Part shown: positions 27,770 to 32,000 of the stretch, piece after piece
Layout: every line of letters begins with the position of its first letter
Position numbering within the stretch: position 1 is the first letter of the stretch
Assembly (NCBI GenBank): GCA_003144275.1
Contig: NJBF01000011.1
Location: 60,001 to 92,000 of the forward strand
Reading direction: 5' to 3'
Source of the DNA: Candidatus Heimdallarchaeota archaeon B3_Heim
GTDB taxonomy: Archaea; Asgardarchaeota; Heimdallarchaeia; Hodarchaeales; Hodarchaeaceae
Length of the DNA stretch: 32,000 bases
The notes under the pieces: model-generated
Database searches by the model: none
What the model was told of the DNA's origin: nothing
The model's input: the letters and a program-made list of their open reading frames with translations, nothing else
Made by a program: the position numbers and the translations under genes

Positions 27770-30700
27770 TCACGGTTCCCTTTTTCGAAGAACTGTATTA
27801 CCGAGAGCGACAAGACTAGCAAAAAGTCCTCCTCCGATACCTATTTCGATCAAGTCATTTATACCTGTATCCAAATTAACCTCTTTTCGAGTACTTGTCT
27901 GAGAAGTTAGATCCGGTGGGTCTGTTGTATCTATTGTTCCAGAAGTAGTAGTAGTGGTTTGATCAATCGGACTCTGGACGTATAAATTCGTTAAAAATTC
28001 CGTTGTTTCTTGATTTATATCATCTATTACTGATAATTGAAGAACATAGGAGCCTTGAGTTAAAAAGAAATCAACGGATACGTACGAATTATTTATCTGA
28101 GTGAATGGAAATTCGACACCATTAATGTACAGAAAAGCTTCTATTCCATCAAAATCATCAAATACTTGGACGTTTAATCGATAGAGGATCCCAGTGGATG
28201 TGTTATCAAGGATTACTAGGGATGATGCTCCTATCTTTGGAGGAGAATCCGTTGAGTTAAAAAACCCAAAAAACTGACTTGAATGTCCATAAATATCGAA
28301 TACAGTTAGATTATAATTCCAAACATTCGGAGTTAACCACGGAGAAGTGAATTGCCAGATTTGATAGCTTCCTGTTGTTGATTCATAAATTAAAGTTCCA
28401 TCAGCAATGAAAACTTGAGACCCACTTTCGATTGCTAGAAAGGGATTATCAGTAGAAAGTGATGCATTTACCTTCTCAACTCGAATTTCAAGATTAAACC
28501 CATTTCTTTCGAATTCTGATTCCACTACAATGATATGGGGGGCATACCACAGAATTTCAAAATCTCTGCTAGCAGAAGGCTTGTCATCCCATGGATACCA
28601 TATGTCTAACCTAAGAGTGTAATTTTGTGGGTTGCAGTAAACTTGTGTGTACCATTGATCACCAAAATAATTACTTAAACTGTAATTCATACCATCAAGC
28701 GTTACCTGGACAAGATTAAGGTCAAGAGTTTGTGAATCGATCGTTGTTCTTAATTCATAATAAGTCGATTCCCATGAAACGGACAGAGAATTGATAGTTG
28801 GCTGTGGTGGATACCAACTTTCAAGAAATAGTCTAAAATCGTACTTATTTTCAGCTGTGTGGGCATACAAAGAGATTTCCCATTGGCCAGGGGAAGGAAA
28901 CTGAAATTGAATTCGATAATCCCGCTGAAACGCATCCCATTCCAACACCCCAAAATGGCTCCCATTCAAATATATTCCGACTTGTTCGAAATATGGATTT
29001 GATAATATCTCTGTACTTAGGAGATAGTTTCCAGCAGAGTCAATTTCTGTGAGATACGAATTAGTTAAAAGATCAACTTTTTCTACCACAGAAAAATTTA
29101 CTTGCGCTGATATAAAGTTCCCAGCAGAGTCAAATGAATAAGCATTGAGTGAATAACTGCCAATGGGTAAATACAGTACTAATGATGTAGTATATGTCTG
29201 ATTAGTATTATTTACTTCTGGAATACAATATAGGATTGTTTGACCATCTGAATTGATGGATAAAGGTATTTTTTCAATATAGGTGTAATTATAGGGGGAA
29301 AAAATCGTTAGAGAAGGAGCAATTGTATCAATATTGAAAATTGAGGTTTTAATGACAAAATTCTCAGCAGTATCTCTAACCTGAATAGTAACGTTGTGAT
29401 TTCCTTCAGATAAGTCAGTTAAAACGAAACCTGAGCTTCCAACGATTGAAGTATCATCTAAAAAAATAAATACAGTTTCTTCATCGGTTAAAAATGAAAG
29501 TGAAATAGAATTCGTTTTGTATGACTCATTCTTTGGACTTATAATTACTAATGAAGGCGCAGTTGAATCAATCCTGAATGATGAAGAAGCATAAGATAAC
29601 GCCCCATAGGAATTTTCACCATAAACATGACAAGTATATAACCCCTCAGGTAAGTCACGATATGCAGTATCCGTCCACGAGCTATTCGTTTGATCAAGAG
29701 GTTCAATAAAGTACCAATAACTCACAGCATCTCCTCGGAAAGATAGCTCTAATATAGATCCATGAATAGAGTTGTTGACAGGTGAAAGAATTTCTATCGT
29801 AGAAGGTAAAGAATGAATTACAATTGAAAATTGAGGACTAAATGAGGTATTGAAATAATCTTCGAATTGTAAAGGCACTTTTACAGAAACTGTATAGATT
29901 CCAGGCTGATCAAATGAAATTATGAAATCGAAGATACCTGCACCATTTGTAGAATCAACCCCATTCTCCATCCCACCCATCAGTAGAATCGTATCTACTC
30001 CCATGATAGGACCCGAAACTTCTCCTATAACATTACCATCAATATGAATTGACATATTCACAAAAGCTTCTCCAGGAATGCTTACAGAAATAATTAGGTC
30101 TTCAAAAATTGTTACTTGATAATGAAGAATCCGATAATAGACGTATGTATCATTACTAATTATGGAAATTTCTTTTACTCCTCTGTTATTGAAGCTATAT
30201 GAGTATGAATGTTTTCCTGCTGGTGACCAGTCTCTCCATAATTGACCCCCCATCCAAATCTGATAAACTTCCGTACAGTTAACTGTAAATAAATAATTAT
30301 CATTTACATTTCCATAATCACCACCGATTACTTCAATGTCAGCAGTACTGTACATGAATGTATGATCATATTTAGTATTCGTACCATTGAGATTTGAAGC
30401 TCGTAAAGATAATCCACCTTTGTAATAAGGTGTTGTCCAATTATAATTTCCTAGTCCAGAAGCATTCAATGCGATTACGGCGATAAAATTCCAGGTACTC
30501 TCTCCATCCCGTTGCCAATAAAGGGAAATATCTTCATTCAACCCACCTTCTAGTTCTATCATTGTCCAGTGATTTGAGAGGATGGATCCTTGAATCATAA
30601 CTGAAAGAGGAGGACGAATCGTGATAGAAAAAATTGCTGGACTAATTGACTGTAAATAAAAAGCTCCTACATTCCCTTGATAGCTGCATTGTAAGATATG

Positions 30701-32000
30701 TACTCCTATTTGGGATGATACTGTCACAGAATAGTCAAAGAAAAATAGTCCTTCTACATCAGAGGTGACAAAACCCAAAAATTCTCCAGTCGTCGTATCA
30801 GTAAAGTGGATTGCTTCATTGATTACAGCTTTTCCACCTTCGTCAAGCAAATACCCCCAAAGACGGCATGATTGCCCATTAATCACTTCTGTTGAATTTT
30901 GATTCAGAGAACTAAAATGGGGAACCGAAAACACAGTTAATTTTAATGTAGTAGCTCCTTCATCATAATTTTCGGAATTATAGAAATGGACAAGGAGGTA
31001 AATATCACCTAAGGAGTGATCATTACAGATGTGATAATTAAAAATAAGTCCTGATACGCAGCTCTGAGTATCAATAATAGTAGAATTACTGTACTCCAAT
31101 GAGACTAACCCCTCATTAATTGTTACACCTCCCGAGTGAACTGTCACTTGAATCTGAGTATCTGTGTTTCGATTAATCCCTCCGCTTTCATAAGTCAAAT
31201 CAAACTCAATTAACCCCTTAATAGATACTAGAATTATACTTGAGACTGCGAGAATATTTGGTGTTACATCAAATACTCGGAGTGAAAATTCATGGTTTCC
31301 GATGCTGATTCCTTCTGGAAGAGGATAATTAAAGGCCACATATCCATCTGAGTTAGTAAATTTATTCATCAATGAAATATTCCCATCAGTTAAATCTCTG
31401 AATTCTACTTGACACGTAACGGGAACAGTATGTATATCTTCTAATGTGATGTAGGCTTCGAGATGAATTGTTTCATTTTGCCTATAATCTGAAGAATTCA
31501 AATAATATTGGATCCGAGCACGATCCTGTATTGTAATAGTTGATGAGACATTAGCATATAACTCGTACTGGTCATTTTTTAGCTCCGTGTAAATCGTTAG
31601 TTCACCCAAGGGAATTGAACTTTTAGGTGAAAACACTATTTGATTATTTCGACGATAAATCACTTTTTCTGTAAGAATCATTGGTTGTGAGCCAAGTAAA
31701 TAGTATATTGAGAGCAATAATCCATTTGGATTATCTCCAAGAATTGTGGTATTGATAAAGACTGATTCTTCGGTCCGTTGAAGTTTTGTCGTATTAATAG
31801 TCTGGTAAAGCCAAAATCCCGAGCTCAAGACCGTTACATTGACAGGGTTTGATGTACAGGGAGATGTTTGGCTTTGAGAGCTACCAGTATAGCTCGCATA
31901 AAACTGTGATTTTCCGACAACAGAAAACACAGGAATATTATAATCAAACTCAAGCGTCAAAATTGCAGGATCAGTCCCTGGATAATAGTTTTCTAATGGA
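27770..32000 (-). CDS. Very large cell-surface protein with Ig-like repeats, Thr-rich linker and C-terminal TM anchor; 5'-truncated
   Basis: The frame is open beyond 31960 to the window end (PLENYYPGTDPAILTLEF). Repeats IDSTAPSLVIISPKNESY / IDTIAPSLTIFSPYNYTY, QTTTTTSGT linker, TM then RKR, and many NxS/T sequons. Confidence 0.85.
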   Translation of the reverse strand, partial: PLENYYPGTDPAILTLEFDYNIPVFSVVGKSQFYASYTGSSQSQTSPCTSNPVNVTVLSSGFWLYQTINTTKLQRTEESVFINTTILGDNPNGLLLSIYYLLGSQPMILTEKVIYRRNNQIVFSPKSSIPLGELTIYTELKNDQYELYANVSSTITIQDRARIQYYLNSSDYRQNETIHLEAYITLEDIHTVPVTCQVEFRDLTDGNISLMNKFTNSDGYVAFNYPLPEGISIGNHEFSLRVFDVTPNILAVSSIILVSIKGLIEFDLTYESGGINRNTDTQIQVTVHSGGVTINEGLVSLEYSNSTIIDTQSCVSGLIFNYHICNDHSLGDIYLLVHFYNSENYDEGATTLKLTVFSVPHFSSLNQNSTEVINGQSCRLWGYLLDEGGKAVINEAIHFTDTTTGEFLGFVTSDVEGLFFFDYSVTVSSQIGVHILQCSYQGNVGAFYLQSISPAIFSITIRPPLSVMIQGSILSNHWTMIELEGGLNEDISLYWQRDGESTWNFIAVIALNASGLGNYNWTTPYYKGGLSLRASNLNGTNTKYDHTFMYSTADIEVIGGDYGNVNDNYLFTVNCTEVYQIWMGGQLWRDWSPAGKHSYSYSFNNRGVKEISIISNDTYVYYRILHYQVTIFEDLIISVSIPGEAFVNMSIHIDGNVIGEVSGPIMGVDTILLMGGMENGVDSTNGAGIFDFIISFDQPGIYTVSVKVPLQFEDYFNTSFSPQFSIVIHSLPSTIEILSPVNNSIHGSILELSFRGDAVSYWYFIEPLDQTNSSWTDTAYRDLPEGLYTCHVYGENSYGALSYASSSFRIDSTAPSLVIISPKNESYKTNSISLSFLTDEETVFIFLDDTSIVGSSGFVLTDLSEGNHNVTIQVRDTAENFVIKTSIFNIDTIAPSLTIFSPYNYTYIEKIPLSINSDGQTILYCIPEVNNTNQTYTTSLVLYLPIGSYSLNAYSFDSAGNFISAQVNFSVVEKVDLLTNSYLTEIDSAGNYLLSTEILSNPYFEQVGIYLNGSHFGVLEWDAFQRDYRIQFQFPSPGQWEISLYAHTAENKYDFRLFLESWYPPQPTINSLSVSWESTYYELRTTIDSQTLDLNLVQVTLDGMNYSLSNYFGDQWYTQVYCNPQNYTLRLDIWYPWDDKPSASRDFEILWYAPHIIVVESEFERNGFNLEIRVEKVNASLSTDNPFLAIESGSQVFIADGTLIYESTTGSYQIWQFTSPWLTPNVWNYNLTVFDIYGHSSQFFGFFNSTDSPPKIGASSLVILDNTSTGILYRLNVQVFDDFDGIEAFLYINGVEFPFTQINNSYVSVDFFLTQGSYVLQLSVIDDINQETTEFLTNLYVQSPIDQTTTTTSGTIDTTDPPDLTSQTSTRKEVNLDTGINDLIEIGIGGGLFASLVALGNTVLRKREP

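Noticed and set aside
1916-28965. Remaining short ORF-track entries nested antisense within long genes
   Set aside because: They lie fully inside well-supported genes on the opposite strand or frame and show no motifs.
1-32000. CRISPR arrays, tRNA/rRNA genes, IS elements
   Set aside because: By eye I saw no regularly spaced repeats, cloverleaf/T-loop signature, rRNA-like tract or transposase motif. A tRNAscan/Infernal run would be needed to exclude divergent RNAs.

Overview
A gene-dense, AT-rich 32 kb chromosomal segment that looks archaeal. The evidence is TATA-box promoters, apparently leaderless starts, oligo-T terminators, a DRG-type GTPase and RadA/RadB-like ATPases. The large TPR protein, HtpG and the Ig-repeat surface protein fit an Asgard (Heimdallarchaeia-like) origin; this is inference, not a database result. 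The left half is a stress/redox region: CxxC-less TrxR-like flavoprotein, HtpG, a rubredoxin missed by the ORF track, FprA, an aldo-keto reductase, a glutaredoxin-TrxR fusion and an acyl-CoA dehydrogenase. The middle has tmk, a parvulin, a LeuA-family gene split by a 1-nt frameshift, and a 1011-aa ArnT/PMT-type glycosyltransferase. The right end is a tightly coupled minus-strand run: giant surface protein, YdjM-type hydrolase, membrane-anchored protein, probable degenerate RecA-fold protein and RecA-family ATPase. The main finding is in the apparently empty 7.5-8.6 kb gap, which encodes three tandem minus-strand microproteins (52, 51 and 55 aa). None is in the ORF track. All share the core L-x-x-[TV]-[LI]-x-Y-L-x-Y-x-G-[PV]-[LV]-[YF], show synonymous codon divergence, and have their own TATA box. 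I found no rRNA, tRNA, CRISPR array or transposase.
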